From positions 8,057-72,056 of the forward strand of contig JBKQNC010000013.1 of assembly GCA_052326445.1 (NCBI GenBank): DNA of 64,000 nt, in the 5' to 3' direction. Source of the stretch: Thermoplasmata archaeon (GTDB taxonomy: Archaea; Thermoplasmatota; Thermoplasmata; Lutacidiplasmatales; UBA184). Positions 36,689 to 46,302 of the stretch are shown piece after piece. The notes below the pieces were generated by a model. That model ran no database searches. It worked only from the letters and a program-made list of their open reading frames with translations, and had not been told where the DNA came from. Position 1 is the first letter of the stretch. Every line of letters starts with the position of its first letter. Both the position numbers and the translations under genes were made by a program.

Positions 36689-38029
36689 ATGACCGTTCGG
36701 ATCGTCCTCGGGGCGCAATTCGGGGACGAAGCGAAGGGGAAAATCTCGGACTTCCTTTCCCGGCATGCGCGGTACGTGGTTCGATCCGGGGGCGGGCCGA
36801 ACACCGGTCACTCGATCCATCTCCCCGAAGGGAACGTGGTCCTCCACCAGCTCGCGTGCGGCGTCCTCCGGCACGGCGTGACGGGGATCAGCGGCCCGGG
36901 GATGGTGATCAACCCGACCAAACTGCTCGAGGAGATCCAGGACCTCGAGCGGCGGGGGCTCCTCCGGGGCGAGATCGTCCTCTCCGACCGGGCCCACGTC
37001 CTGCTTCCGATCCACGAGCTCGAGGACGCGTGGGAGGACGACCTCCGCGCCCGCACGGATCCGACGGCCTCCCTCGGAACGACCCGTCGGGGAGTCGGAC
37101 CGGCCTACGAGGACCGGTACGGTCGATGGGGGATCCGGCTCGGGGACCTCTCCCGGCCGGCGATCGTCAAGGAGCGTCTCGAGATGCTTTATGCGACCAA
37201 GGGCCACCTCTCGAACCTTCCGCCGGTCGCCGGGCTGGCCGCCCAACTCTCGGAGGTAGGCGGGAAGCTCGCACCCTACATCCGGCCGACCGAAACCCTG
37301 CTTTGGGACGCGCTCGGTCGAGGGGAGAAGGTCCTGATCGAGGGCGCCCAGAGCGCGCTGCTCGACATCGATTTTGGAACGTACCCGTTCGTGACCAGCT
37401 CGCACCCGACCAGCGCCGGCGCGCTGATGGGGAGCGGAATCCCTCCGACCGAGCTCGAGTCGGTCGTGGGCGTGGCGAAGGCCTACAGCACTCGGGTGGG
37501 TGCCGGCCCCTTCCCGACCGAGGACAACGGCCCTCGCGGGGAGTACCTTCGGCGGGCCGGCGGGGAGCGCGGCGCCACTACCGGCCGGGAACGGCGATGC
37601 GGCTGGCTCGACCTGGTCCTTCTCCGGTATGCGGCCCGGCTTAACGGGTTCACGTCCCTCGCGATCAGTAAGGTTGACGTCCTCGGGGGGCAGGAGTCCG
37701 TCCCCGTGTGCGTCCAGTACCTGATGCCCGATGGGTCGACCGTCCGGAACGCCCCTCCGCTCCAGGCAAGCGACCTCGCCCAAGCCCAACCGGTCTACGA
37801 GCAGCTCGAAGGCTGGCCACCGTTCCACGAGCATCTCAAGGAGCGACTGCGCCGGGAGGGACCGACCGCTCTCCCGCCTTCGCTCCGTCGGTTCCTGGAC
37901 TACGTGACCGAGGAGACCGACGTGCCGGTCGAGTTCGTAGGGTACGGGCCGGGCCGGGACGAGACGCTCTGGTTGGGTCCGCCGACCGCCCGCCGGCGTC
38001 CCCCCGCCCTAAGCGCGTGGTCGGGCTAG
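36689..38029 (+). CDS. purA: Adenylosuccinate synthetase
   Basis: GAQFGDEAKGK, GGPNTGH, GTTRRGVGPAY, EGAQ...LDIDFGTYPFVTSS, GATTGRERRCGWLD. Confidence 0.97.
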   Translation: MTVRIVLGAQFGDEAKGKISDFLSRHARYVVRSGGGPNTGHSIHLPEGNVVLHQLACGVLRHGVTGISGPGMVINPTKLLEEIQDLERRGLLRGEIVLSDRAHVLLPIHELEDAWEDDLRARTDPTASLGTTRRGVGPAYEDRYGRWGIRLGDLSRPAIVKERLEMLYATKGHLSNLPPVAGLAAQLSEVGGKLAPYIRPTETLLWDALGRGEKVLIEGAQSALLDIDFGTYPFVTSSHPTSAGALMGSGIPPTELESVVGVAKAYSTRVGAGPFPTEDNGPRGEYLRRAGGERGATTGRERRCGWLDLVLLRYAARLNGFTSLAISKVDVLGGQESVPVCVQYLMPDGSTVRNAPPLQASDLAQAQPVYEQLEGWPPFHEHLKERLRREGPTALPPSLRRFLDYVTEETDVPVEFVGYGPGRDETLWLGPPTARRRPPALSAWSG

Positions 38030-38036
38030 TCGGACC

Positions 38037-38906
38037 GTGGAGTTCGACCCCTACCTGTACATCGCCTTCGGGGCAGGGCTCCTCGCGGGCTGGGTCGTTC
38101 GGCCCCAGAGCCCCTGGGTGCCGAGGGCCACGCTCGTCACGGTCGGCGTGCTAGTCGGCCTCCTCGGGGCCTCGCTCGATGCGGTGCCGGTCTCGCAACT
38201 TCTCCTCACGATCCCCCTCTCGCTTGGGTTCGCGGCCCTCGTCCTCGGGCTCACCGGAGCCATGGTGCTGGTCCTGATGCGGGCGTATCCGCCCCCACGT
38301 GCCGAGCGCCCAGAGAAGACGAAGCCGGACGAACGGCTCCCGCTCAGCCTTCTCCTCCTTGGGGCACTTCTCGGGGGGTTCGGAGTGGGGCACTTCGTTG
38401 CCGTGCCCACGACCGAGGCGATCCCCTGGGCCCTCTACGCCCTCTTGGCACTGGTGGGGTTCGACCTCAAACTCCGGGTCGAGGCGTTGCGGTCCCTATG
38501 GCTCCCGCTCACTGCCGCGGTATTCGGAGCCGCCGCCGGTGCCCTCCTCTTCATCGCGCTGGTCGGAACCGCCGCTCCAGTCGCGTTTGCCACGACCTTT
38601 GCGTTCGGATGGTACACGCTCGCCGGTCCGTTGGTGGGGGCACGGGCGGGGGCGGCCCTCGGCCTGCTGGCCTTCCTCACCAACTTCCTCCGAGAGGACC
38701 TGACGATGCTCCTCTCTCCCGTGATCGGCCGGAAGATGCGGGGGGAGGGGCTCGCGGCCCTAGGCGGGGCCACCTCGATGGACACGACCCTCTACTTCGT
38801 CACGCGGTTCGGGGATGCGGACGCCGGCAGCCTCGCACTGGCCACCGGTCTCATCTTAACGGTCGGGGCCAGCCTCGTCCTGCCCCTGCTGTTGCTGTTG
38901 CCGTGA
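38037..38906 (+). CDS. LysO/DUF340 family exporter
   Basis: FGWYTLAG, AFLTNFLRE, GGATSMDTTL; multi-TM. Confidence 0.88.
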   Translation: MEFDPYLYIAFGAGLLAGWVVRPQSPWVPRATLVTVGVLVGLLGASLDAVPVSQLLLTIPLSLGFAALVLGLTGAMVLVLMRAYPPPRAERPEKTKPDERLPLSLLLLGALLGGFGVGHFVAVPTTEAIPWALYALLALVGFDLKLRVEALRSLWLPLTAAVFGAAAGALLFIALVGTAAPVAFATTFAFGWYTLAGPLVGARAGAALGLLAFLTNFLREDLTMLLSPVIGRKMRGEGLAALGGATSMDTTLYFVTRFGDADAGSLALATGLILTVGASLVLPLLLLLP

Positions 38907-38914
38907 GAGAACGG

Positions 38915-38920
38915 TTTATG
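38915..38920 (+). promoter_or_regulatory. Archaeal TATA-like box of tRNA-Val
   Basis: TTTATG about 27-32 nt upstream of the tRNA 5' end. Confidence 0.6.
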
Positions 38921-38946
38921 CGCCCCGACCTCTCGCCCTACTCCGC

Positions 38947-39019
38947 GGGCTCGTGGTCCAGTGGTTACGACGTCGCTCTCACACAGCGAAGACCGCCGGT
39001 TCGAATCCGGCCGAGCCCA
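38947..39019 (+). tRNA. tRNA-Val (CAC)
   Basis: GGGCTCG...CGAGCCCA acceptor; anticodon arm TCGCT-CTCACAC-AGCGA; T-arm GCCGG-TTCGAAT-CCGGC; no encoded CCA. Confidence 0.95.
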
Positions 39020-39063
39020 CTCGCACGAACGCAGGCGGTCGACGAACCTGACGGAGTACTGAA

Positions 39064-39720
39064 ATGACCCGAACCCCGAAATCGACGGCGGGGCCACCTG
39101 AGAAGACGGCATCCGTCACCGCGAATTGGCTGGGATATTATCGCTGGACGGCTCACCGCCCGCCCCGTGAGCTGTTGCTCCGGACGCTCGACCATATCGA
39201 GTGGGAAGGGAGGGCGCGCCGGACGAGAACCGCTGTTGACCTGGGATGCGGGGCCGGCACCGAGTCGCTGGAACTCCTTCGCCGAGGGTGGCGTGTCATC
39301 GCGATCGACCAGCAACCGGCCGCCCTGAAGTTCCTTTCGCGACGGGTGCCCTCGCGGCAGCGGAGTTCTCTCTTTCTCCGGACCTCCTCGATGGAGGGGC
39401 TTTCGCTCCCACCCGCCGACCTGGTGTATGCGAGCTTCTCCCTCCCGTTCTGCGACCCCGCGGAGTTCCCGACGCTCTGGGCGACCATCCGTCAGGCGGT
39501 GGTCCCGGGAGGCCATTTGGCGGGCGTCCTGTTCGGCGACCGGGACGAATGGGCGGGCAAACGCCCCATGAGCTTTCACACGATGCGCCAGGTTCGCGCG
39601 CTCCTCCGGGGGTACCGCGTCGAACTTCTTCGGGAGTCGGAAGAGGAGGGACGTTCGTTCGAGGGACCCAAGCACTGGCATTTCTTCGACTTCATTCTGG
39701 AGCGGCCGCGACGGGCGTGA
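39064..39720 (+). CDS. Class I SAM-dependent methyltransferase
   Basis: AVDLGCGAG, VIAID, DLVYASFSLPFC, PGGHLAG. Confidence 0.9.
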   Translation: MTRTPKSTAGPPEKTASVTANWLGYYRWTAHRPPRELLLRTLDHIEWEGRARRTRTAVDLGCGAGTESLELLRRGWRVIAIDQQPAALKFLSRRVPSRQRSSLFLRTSSMEGLSLPPADLVYASFSLPFCDPAEFPTLWATIRQAVVPGGHLAGVLFGDRDEWAGKRPMSFHTMRQVRALLRGYRVELLRESEEEGRSFEGPKHWHFFDFILERPRRA

Positions 39721-39951
39721 TCCCGAGCCGGCGGCGGGCCTCCTCCGAGGTGCCCGACGCTTCCCACCGGGGTCGGACGACGGGCCAAAGGAGGAACTTC
39801 GGTGCGAACCGCGGCCTCAAGTACCAGAACTTAGCATGGTACCATCCCGAACGGGAATCCTCCCGTACCTCGAGACCTCGTGAACTTTCACGTTCGGGAC
39901 ACGCCGCAATTCGCCGATGGTGCGCCGGGCGAACTTCGCCAGGAGTGAGTC

Positions 39952-40380
39952 TTGCACAGCACTGTGGCCTCCTTCTACGGCGGATACGACCTCGTCGAGC
40001 GAGCCCGTCCGATCCAGCACAAGTGGAGCCCCATTCTCCTCCTCGTCGCCGTGACGGCCCTCGTCCTCCTGGTCTTCATCGCCGCGGACGTCAGCGCCAT
40101 CGCGGCCCTTCCGGTCGCCGTGCACGTGTCCGTCGTGGAGTGGTACGCCGGCATCGAGCTCCTGACCACGGCCCCGGGCTTCACGATGCACTCGTCCCAG
40201 ACCGTGACGCTCTCCCTCACCTGCAATTTCATCTGCTACGAGATCACCGGCGCGACGGTCAACGCGCCGTTTCACCTGACCGGATTCGAGGTCGCGTACG
40301 CCCCGATCCAGTACGTGAACGCCTCGGTCACCGCGCCGTCCAGCACGTACTCGGGACCGCTCGCGATTACGCTCACGTAG
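39952..40380 (+). CDS. Membrane-anchored small beta-domain protein
   Basis: Single TM followed by a beta-rich domain ending APSSTYSGPLAITLT; start uncertain. Confidence 0.65.
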   Translation: MHSTVASFYGGYDLVERARPIQHKWSPILLLVAVTALVLLVFIAADVSAIAALPVAVHVSVVEWYAGIELLTTAPGFTMHSSQTVTLSLTCNFICYEITGATVNAPFHLTGFEVAYAPIQYVNASVTAPSSTYSGPLAITLT

Positions 40381-41569
40381 CCGGGAGGCGACGGCGGAGT
40401 TCCGCCACCGAAAAGGGGAGCCCAGTCCCGGTGTTGTAGAGGAGCACGGTCTCGCCGGGACGGATCTGCCGACCCCGGAAGAGCGGGTCCAGCGCGGCGT
40501 ACGGCGCCGCGGCCTCCGGCGAGGAGGAGATACCGTGGTGCCGGGCCAGCCGCTCCATCGCCTCCACGAGGTCCGCATCGCTCACGACCGCTCCTCCCCC
40601 GCCACTGCCCCGCACCGCTTCGAGGATCCGTTCCGAGGAGAACGGCGCCGGAACCAGGAGGCCCGGGGCCAGCGTGTGCGGGTCGGCCCACGGGGTGACC
40701 CGGGGTTCGCCGTCGCGAAGCGCCTTGACCACCGGCGCGCAACCGTCGGGCTGGACCGCATAGAGTCGGGGGATCCGCTCGAGGAGACCGAGGGTCCGAA
40801 GTTCGGTGAACGCCTTGTACATCCCTACGAGGCCGGTCCCTCCGCCGGTCGGATAGACGATCGCGTCCGGGAGGGAGCCCTCGGGGGATTGCTCGAAGAT
40901 CTCGAGGCCCATGGTCTTCTTTCCTTCGACCCGGTACGGTTCCCGAAGAGTGGACATGTCGAAGGACCCGCGACCTTTCTCGGCCTCCCGTGCCGCGAGA
41001 CCGGCCTCCCGGATCGTTCCCGGGACGGCGATCACTTCCGCCCCGTACAGGCGACACGCCTCTCCGACCGCCAGGGCGGTCCGTTCGGGAAGGTAGATCC
41101 GCACTCGGAGGCCGGCGCGCGCTCCGTAGGCGGCGAGGGCCACTCCCGCGTTACCCGCGCTCGGAACGAAGAGGTCGGTGAGGCCGAGCTCCCGGGCCCG
41201 GGAGACTGCGACAGCCATGCCGCGGGACTTGAACGAACCGGTCGGAAGGAGACCGTCATCCTTCAGGAGGAGTCGCACACCGGGCGCCTCGCGCACCTCG
41301 GAGACCGGAAGGATGGGGGTGCCCCCTTCCCCGAGGGAGGTGATCGAGTCGGTCGACCGCACGGGGAGGAGCTCCCGGTACCGCCAGAGCGACCCGGGTC
41401 GACGGGCGACCTCGGAGCGCCACGCCCGTGCATCCAGCCGTCCCAGGTCGTAGGTCGCGAAGAGGGCGAGGCCACAGGTGGGACACACCCCCGCGGGGCG
41501 GGTGGGGTCGACCTGGCTGCAACACGCCCGGCATTCGAGTGAAATGAGCAGGGACCGGGTATCGGTCAT
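40373..41569 (-). CDS. thrC: Threonine synthase
   Basis: N-terminal CRAC/CPTC, LWRYRELLP, LGEGGTP, PTGSFKSRG, SAGNAG, EGKKT, PTGGGTG, NTGTG. Confidence 0.9.
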   Translation of the reverse strand: MTDTRSLLISLECRACCSQVDPTRPAGVCPTCGLALFATYDLGRLDARAWRSEVARRPGSLWRYRELLPVRSTDSITSLGEGGTPILPVSEVREAPGVRLLLKDDGLLPTGSFKSRGMAVAVSRARELGLTDLFVPSAGNAGVALAAYGARAGLRVRIYLPERTALAVGEACRLYGAEVIAVPGTIREAGLAAREAEKGRGSFDMSTLREPYRVEGKKTMGLEIFEQSPEGSLPDAIVYPTGGGTGLVGMYKAFTELRTLGLLERIPRLYAVQPDGCAPVVKALRDGEPRVTPWADPHTLAPGLLVPAPFSSERILEAVRGSGGGGAVVSDADLVEAMERLARHHGISSSPEAAAPYAALDPLFRGRQIRPGETVLLYNTGTGLPFSVAELRRRLPAT

Positions 41570-41652
41570 GATTCATCCCCCTGGGTCCTCGGAGGCGAAA
41601 AAGCTCGTCGTACCCCCGTCCATCCCACCTCGGACCGTGGCTTCGCCGACCG

Positions 41653-42156
41653 CTAGAACTCGCCCTTCAGTCGGACGGCCGCGCTTTGATTCACGAGGGG
41701 TCCGCCGAGGAGCGTGGAGTTGCTCACCGAGGCCAGGCTGCCGTTGTCGAGGCGGACCCACACCGTAACTATCCCGATCCGAACTACGGTTCCCTGGATC
41801 CCGCTAATCTGGATGCGGTCGTCCATCCGGAGGACCCGGTCGCGCAGCAAGATGAACCCGGCGATGACGTTTCCGATAGTCGTCTGCAAGGCCAAGGTGG
41901 CCGCCAACGTGAGGATCGCCGAGAAGGTGAGGCCGGAAACGAGCGAGAGCGAGCCGTACGCCGCGAAGAGGATCAACCCAGCGGCCACCACGCCGAGGAG
42001 GGAGATGATCAAGCGAGCCCACCGAACCTGGTACGGCATGGCCCCGTGTCGACGGATCCCGACGGCGACCCACTCCGAGAGCAGGTAGCCGCCCACGGCC
42101 ACGCCCGCCGCGACCAGGACGGGAATGAGGGTGGGCAGGTACGACAACCCCGTCAT
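41653..42156 (-). CDS. Short MscS-family mechanosensitive channel
   Basis: Three TM helices, LALQTTIGNVIAGFIL, DRIQISGIQGTVVRIG, SVSNS...N. Confidence 0.8.
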   Translation of the reverse strand: MTGLSYLPTLIPVLVAAGVAVGGYLLSEWVAVGIRRHGAMPYQVRWARLIISLLGVVAAGLILFAAYGSLSLVSGLTFSAILTLAATLALQTTIGNVIAGFILLRDRVLRMDDRIQISGIQGTVVRIGIVTVWVRLDNGSLASVSNSTLLGGPLVNQSAAVRLKGEF

Positions 42157-42244
42157 GGAACTTGGCCCTCCCCGCCGAGCAGGACGCGAGATATTTAGGC
42201 GCGGTGGAGTCCCCCGGGGCGGGCCACCCGCCTCGGGGTCCCCG

Positions 42245-43234
42245 TTAGTGGGTCGACGGGGGCTCCCAGATTTTCTCGGATACGACGCGAGGTACTTCGC
42301 GACGGTATCCGAGCTTCTGGTTAATGGCCCACATGGGGTGATTCAGCGAGTCGTTGGACGTGCGGATCGCGCGGAAGCCGTGTTCCTGTCCGTACTCCAC
42401 CGTTCGACGCTTCAGCTCGCTCGCGATGCCCCGGCCCCGGAACTCCCGGAGCGTGCCCGTGAACACCTGGTGGAGCACACTGGGTTCCGCGGGAAGGAGC
42501 TCGAGATTGCTCATCCCGACGTATCGGCCTTCCTTGCGCGCGAGGAAGAAGGCCTCGGGAAGGAACCCCGGTCCCTCGAGGTTCCACTGGACGAACTGCT
42601 CGTAGGTGGACGGCGTAAAGGGGCCGAGTCGCGGCTCATCCTCGAGCGCGGCGTTCAACAAGCGGTGCACCCGCTGCCGAACGTCGATTCGTTCGTGGCC
42701 CTCCCCTGCGAGCGTAGTGAATTCGACTCCGTCCCGGGCGAGTTCCTCGGCGCGCCGGGGGAAGTTCGCATAACCGGGCGCAGGAAGATCGAGGCGAGAT
42801 TGCCAGTTCCGGCGCCGTTCCTCGTACCCCCGACGGGTGACGAACTCCATGTCGCGTGGGCGGTCCGAGCGGGCTTGGGCGAGCACCGCTACCGCCTTCG
42901 CCCCCCACGCCTCCTCCTCGGCCTTCTCCGCGAGGGCCCGACCGATGCCCCGTCCTTGGTGATCGGGGTCGACCACGACGTCGACCCAGAGCCGGCTCGG
43001 ATCCTGCACGTCGAGGTCGGTATAGACCCCTCCGAACCCAACCGCGACGCCGCTCGAGAGGTCCTCCACCACGTACCGCCGAAAAAAGAACGGCGGGGTT
43101 TCGAGCATCGTCGTCCAGCGCCGTAGCTCGTCGACCGTGTGCCGCCGCTCGGGGTTGAGCCGGTGGCTCACCCGGACCTCGGCGACATAATCGACGTCCA
43201 GGTGCTTCCGAAATCGGTACCGGGCCTCGTCCAT
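42245..43234 (-). CDS. Tandem GNAT acetyltransferase
   Basis: VDPDHQGRGIG and TGTLREFRGRGIA...N..MWAINQKLGY. Confidence 0.9.
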   Translation of the reverse strand: MDEARYRFRKHLDVDYVAEVRVSHRLNPERRHTVDELRRWTTMLETPPFFFRRYVVEDLSSGVAVGFGGVYTDLDVQDPSRLWVDVVVDPDHQGRGIGRALAEKAEEEAWGAKAVAVLAQARSDRPRDMEFVTRRGYEERRRNWQSRLDLPAPGYANFPRRAEELARDGVEFTTLAGEGHERIDVRQRVHRLLNAALEDEPRLGPFTPSTYEQFVQWNLEGPGFLPEAFFLARKEGRYVGMSNLELLPAEPSVLHQVFTGTLREFRGRGIASELKRRTVEYGQEHGFRAIRTSNDSLNHPMWAINQKLGYRREVPRVVSEKIWEPPSTH

Positions 43235-43273
43235 GGCTGTGGGAGAGCCGTCGGGTTCTCGGGCGAAGAACCC

Positions 43274-43672
43274 CTACCGTGGGGGCGGGGGCGCTCCCTT
43301 CGGGACGAAGAGGAGCGAGATGGAATTCACGCAGTGCCGGGTGTTCTTCAGCGTGAATCGTTCCCCCTTGAAGACGTGGCCCAAGTGCCCATCACAGCGC
43401 GCGCATCGGATCTCGACCCGCTGTCCATCCCGGTCCTCGAGGTGGCGGACCGCGCCAGGGACCTCATCGTCGAAGCTGGGCCAGCCGCAGCCCGAGTCGA
43501 ACTTCGACTCCGACCGGTAGAGTTCCGCCCCACATCGCTTGCAGACGTACGTTCCGGCCGCCGTGAGGTGCTCGTACTCTCCCGAGAAGGGTCGCTCCGT
43601 CCCGCCGTGGAGGATGACGGCCTCTTCCTTCGGCGTCAACTTTCGGAGGGTGGGCGGAGAACTCGCGGCCAT
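43274..43672 (-). CDS. msrB: Peptide-methionine (R)-S-oxide reductase
   Basis: [41 protein letters not shown]. Confidence 0.97.
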   Translation of the reverse strand: MAASSPPTLRKLTPKEEAVILHGGTERPFSGEYEHLTAAGTYVCKRCGAELYRSESKFDSGCGWPSFDDEVPGAVRHLEDRDGQRVEIRCARCDGHLGHVFKGERFTLKNTRHCVNSISLLFVPKGAPPPPR

Positions 43673-43726
43673 GGGATTGGATGGGACGGGGGGGTACTTG
43701 AGGTCCGCGGCGGCGAGGACCGAGGC

Positions 43727-45169
43727 TTAGAGGTGCCAGGTCGGTCCACCGTACCCGGACGGCAGCTTGGGCGGGGTCGGACCCCCGAACGGGTCGGGTA
43801 GGGGCGTCGGAGCCCGATTCTGCTTCTTCGAGACGTAGGCGTCGATCGCGATCGCGGCTCGGGTCCCCGCCGCCATCGCGTACACCACCGACTTGCCACC
43901 GGCCGCGAACACCCCCTCGACGTCGGTCATCCAGTCCTCCTTGCGACCCTGGGGCCACGGGTGGCCGGAGAGGTTCAGGTTCAGTTCGGTCGGAAGACCG
44001 CGGATGTCGGCCACCTCGCCGGCCGCGACAATGATCGTGTCGCACGGGAAGGTCGCCTCGGAACCGGGGAGAGGGACGAAGGTCGGTCGCCCAGCCGGGT
44101 CTGGAGGCCCCGCCTGCGTCGTCTGCAGCACGATCCCCTCCACGTGGCCCTTCCCCACGATCTCGACGGGCGCTCGATTGTAGAGAAAGTGCACGCCCTC
44201 ATACTCGCCCCCGCCAACCTCCTCCTCGCCGGCGGGCATGTCCTCCTTCGACCTTCGGTAGACGAGCGTCACGGACCCGCCGTCGGCGGCGAGTCGCTCG
44301 CAGGAGCGGGCCGCGTCCAGGGCCACGTCGCCTCCGCCCAGGACGACGATCTTCCGGTTCGTTCGGCCGAACAACGGCGTTCCCTCGGGTCCTTTATTGA
44401 TCCCGAGCAGGAAGGGGAGGGCTGGGAACACACCGGGGAAGTGCTCACCGGGGATCCCGAGGGCGCGGGGGTCGGAAGCCCCGATCGCGACCAGCACGGC
44501 GAGGTACCCCTCTTGAAGGAGCTTCTCTGGTGTGAACTCCCCGCCGGCCTTCTGACCGGTGCGGAACGTGACATCCAGTCCCTTGAACCGGGCTAGGTCC
44601 GTTTCGAGGGTGCCTTCCGTGAGATGGTACTTCGGGATCGTGTCCACCTGGCCCCCCAGGAAGGGTTGCATCTCGAACACCGTGACCGAGTACCCTCGCA
44701 CGCCGAGCTCCCACGCGGCCATCAGTCCGGTCGGTCCGCCTCCGATGATCGCGACCCGGTCGGACTTCGGCGCGCTCGGAACGTACAAGAGGTCGGACTT
44801 CCCCAGTTCGAGCGCAGCCCTCTTGAGGTGGCGAATGGCGATGGGGACCCCCTTCCCGCCCATGATGCAGTCCTCCTCGCAGTAGTGGTAGCACGTCTGG
44901 CAGAGGACGCTCGCGAGCGGGTTCTCTCGCAAGGTCAGTACGGCCGCTTCGTCGAACTTCTGTTGCGCGATGAGCCCGATGTACCCTCGGGCATCCTGGT
45001 TGATCGGGCAGGCCTGCACACAGTACGGCATCGCACACTGGAGGCACCGCTGGGCCTCGAGCACGGCTTCCTCCTTCGTGTACGAGTGGAGGATCTCGCC
45101 GAACGTCTCCATCCGCTCGTCCTTGGTCTCCTCGGAGACCTCGGTCCTTTGGTAGCGGAAGGCGCACAC
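43727..45169 (-). CDS. GltD/SudA/NfnB-like FAD- and NAD(P)-dependent Fe-S oxidoreductase
   Basis: EAQRCLQCAMPYCVQACP, CQTCYHYCEEDC, IIGGGPTG, VLGGGDVALDAAR, YRRS..DMPA; GTG 45169 with GGAGG upstream. Confidence 0.9.
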   Translation of the reverse strand: MCAFRYQRTEVSEETKDERMETFGEILHSYTKEEAVLEAQRCLQCAMPYCVQACPINQDARGYIGLIAQQKFDEAAVLTLRENPLASVLCQTCYHYCEEDCIMGGKGVPIAIRHLKRAALELGKSDLLYVPSAPKSDRVAIIGGGPTGLMAAWELGVRGYSVTVFEMQPFLGGQVDTIPKYHLTEGTLETDLARFKGLDVTFRTGQKAGGEFTPEKLLQEGYLAVLVAIGASDPRALGIPGEHFPGVFPALPFLLGINKGPEGTPLFGRTNRKIVVLGGGDVALDAARSCERLAADGGSVTLVYRRSKEDMPAGEEEVGGGEYEGVHFLYNRAPVEIVGKGHVEGIVLQTTQAGPPDPAGRPTFVPLPGSEATFPCDTIIVAAGEVADIRGLPTELNLNLSGHPWPQGRKEDWMTDVEGVFAAGGKSVVYAMAAGTRAAIAIDAYVSKKQNRAPTPLPDPFGGPTPPKLPSGYGGPTWHL

Positions 45170-45264
45170 GGTCGTCCTGCCTCCGGCGGAGCCGGAACCG
45201 CCCCCCGGAGGGGAAGGAGAGTATAGGTTCGTCGGGCGGCCGGAGGCCCTCGCCCCGACCGGTC

Positions 45265-45528
45265 TCACGAGGGAGGGTTCGTCCGGGGCGCCGTCAGGAT
45301 GGTCGCGCCCTCGCCCTTCGCGACGTAGACGTGCAGGGTGTCGCAGGTCTTTCGGAAATATCCCGTGCCTTGCGCTCCGAACTTCGAAGTGAGCCGTTCC
45401 GCGATCTCGGGGTCGGTCAGGCCCGGCTCGAGCTCGGGAGTGAACATGCAGCCGAAAACGAGGAAGCGATGGCCCTCGATCTCGAATCGATCGGTCTCGG
45501 CCGCGCCGCAAAAGGGACAGCTGAGCAC
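45265..45528 (-). CDS. Small putative metal-binding protein
   Basis: CPFCG, FGCMF, CDTLH. Confidence 0.65.
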   Translation of the reverse strand: MLSCPFCGAAETDRFEIEGHRFLVFGCMFTPELEPGLTDPEIAERLTSKFGAQGTGYFRKTCDTLHVYVAKGEGATILTAPRTNPPS

Positions 45529-45618
45529 GCACCGAGCAGAGCGGCAGGATTTCTTATCGCTTCCGACGTAGAGCCGGCACGGGGGTAGCCCCGGGCCCGT
45601 CGCCGCGGTGGCGGTTCG

Positions 45619-46302
45619 TCAACTCTCGATCCGTCCATACTGGATGAGGCACCCGGCGAATCCGAGGAGGCCGACGGCGGCCAAGGCCCACGGAAACAGC
45701 TCGGTCAGGCGGCCTTGGATCAAGAACAAACTCCCGACCCCGGCCGCCACCACGCCCCCGAGGATTCCCGCGACCAGGGCCTGGGCCGCGCTTCGGGTGA
45801 CGACTCCTGCCGCTGCGGTGACTCCACCGAGAAAGAGCAGTAAGCCCACGACCCCGAGTGCGAGGTGCGCCGGCACCAGGATCGGATTCGATGCGGTCGT
45901 GGACGGGGAGACGATCGCACTGGCAAGCCAGAGCACACCGAGGGCGCCTCCCCCGTACCCGACGAGGGAGCCTCCAACCACCACTCCGAGTCGGCCGGCG
46001 AGAGCGCTGACCCGAGGCTGCGGTAGAGGGAAGGTCAGGTAGTGGGTCCGAAGCGCAAGATCCTCCCCGACTGCGAGGGCGGTCAGGTCGAGGACCACCA
46101 GAGCGGCCAGCCCCGCGGTGATGAGGAGACCCAGAACCTGGGCGGTTCCCACGGAGGGCACCCGGAGGTAGAGGTCGGCGATCCCGCTGCCCACAGGACC
46201 GGCCACGACGGGAATGAGAAGCAGCCAGATCCGTCGGGAACGACGGAGACGGGTGACCTCCCACTCGGCGTTGTGCGCCAACGCGGCGACGGTCCCGCTC
46301 AT
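45619..46302 (-). CDS. ABC-2 type permease
   Basis: Six TM helices, ED...RT...LTFPL.....GR pattern; coupled to ABC ATPase. Confidence 0.75.
   Translation of the reverse strand: MSGTVAALAHNAEWEVTRLRRSRRIWLLLIPVVAGPVGSGIADLYLRVPSVGTAQVLGLLITAGLAALVVLDLTALAVGEDLALRTHYLTFPLPQPRVSALAGRLGVVVGGSLVGYGGGALGVLWLASAIVSPSTTASNPILVPAHLALGVVGLLLFLGGVTAAAGVVTRSAAQALVAGILGGVVAAGVGSLFLIQGRLTELFPWALAAVGLLGFAGCLIQYGRIES

Noticed and set aside
34946-37834. 962-aa minus-strand ORF suggesting a large fusion protein
   Set aside because: Only the last ~350 aa are an aminotransferase; the rest is antisense to purA and the HNH gene
38947-40380. Integrated element at tRNA-Val (or at tRNA-Ala)
   Set aside because: No integrase and no duplicated tRNA 3' end found downstream of either tRNA
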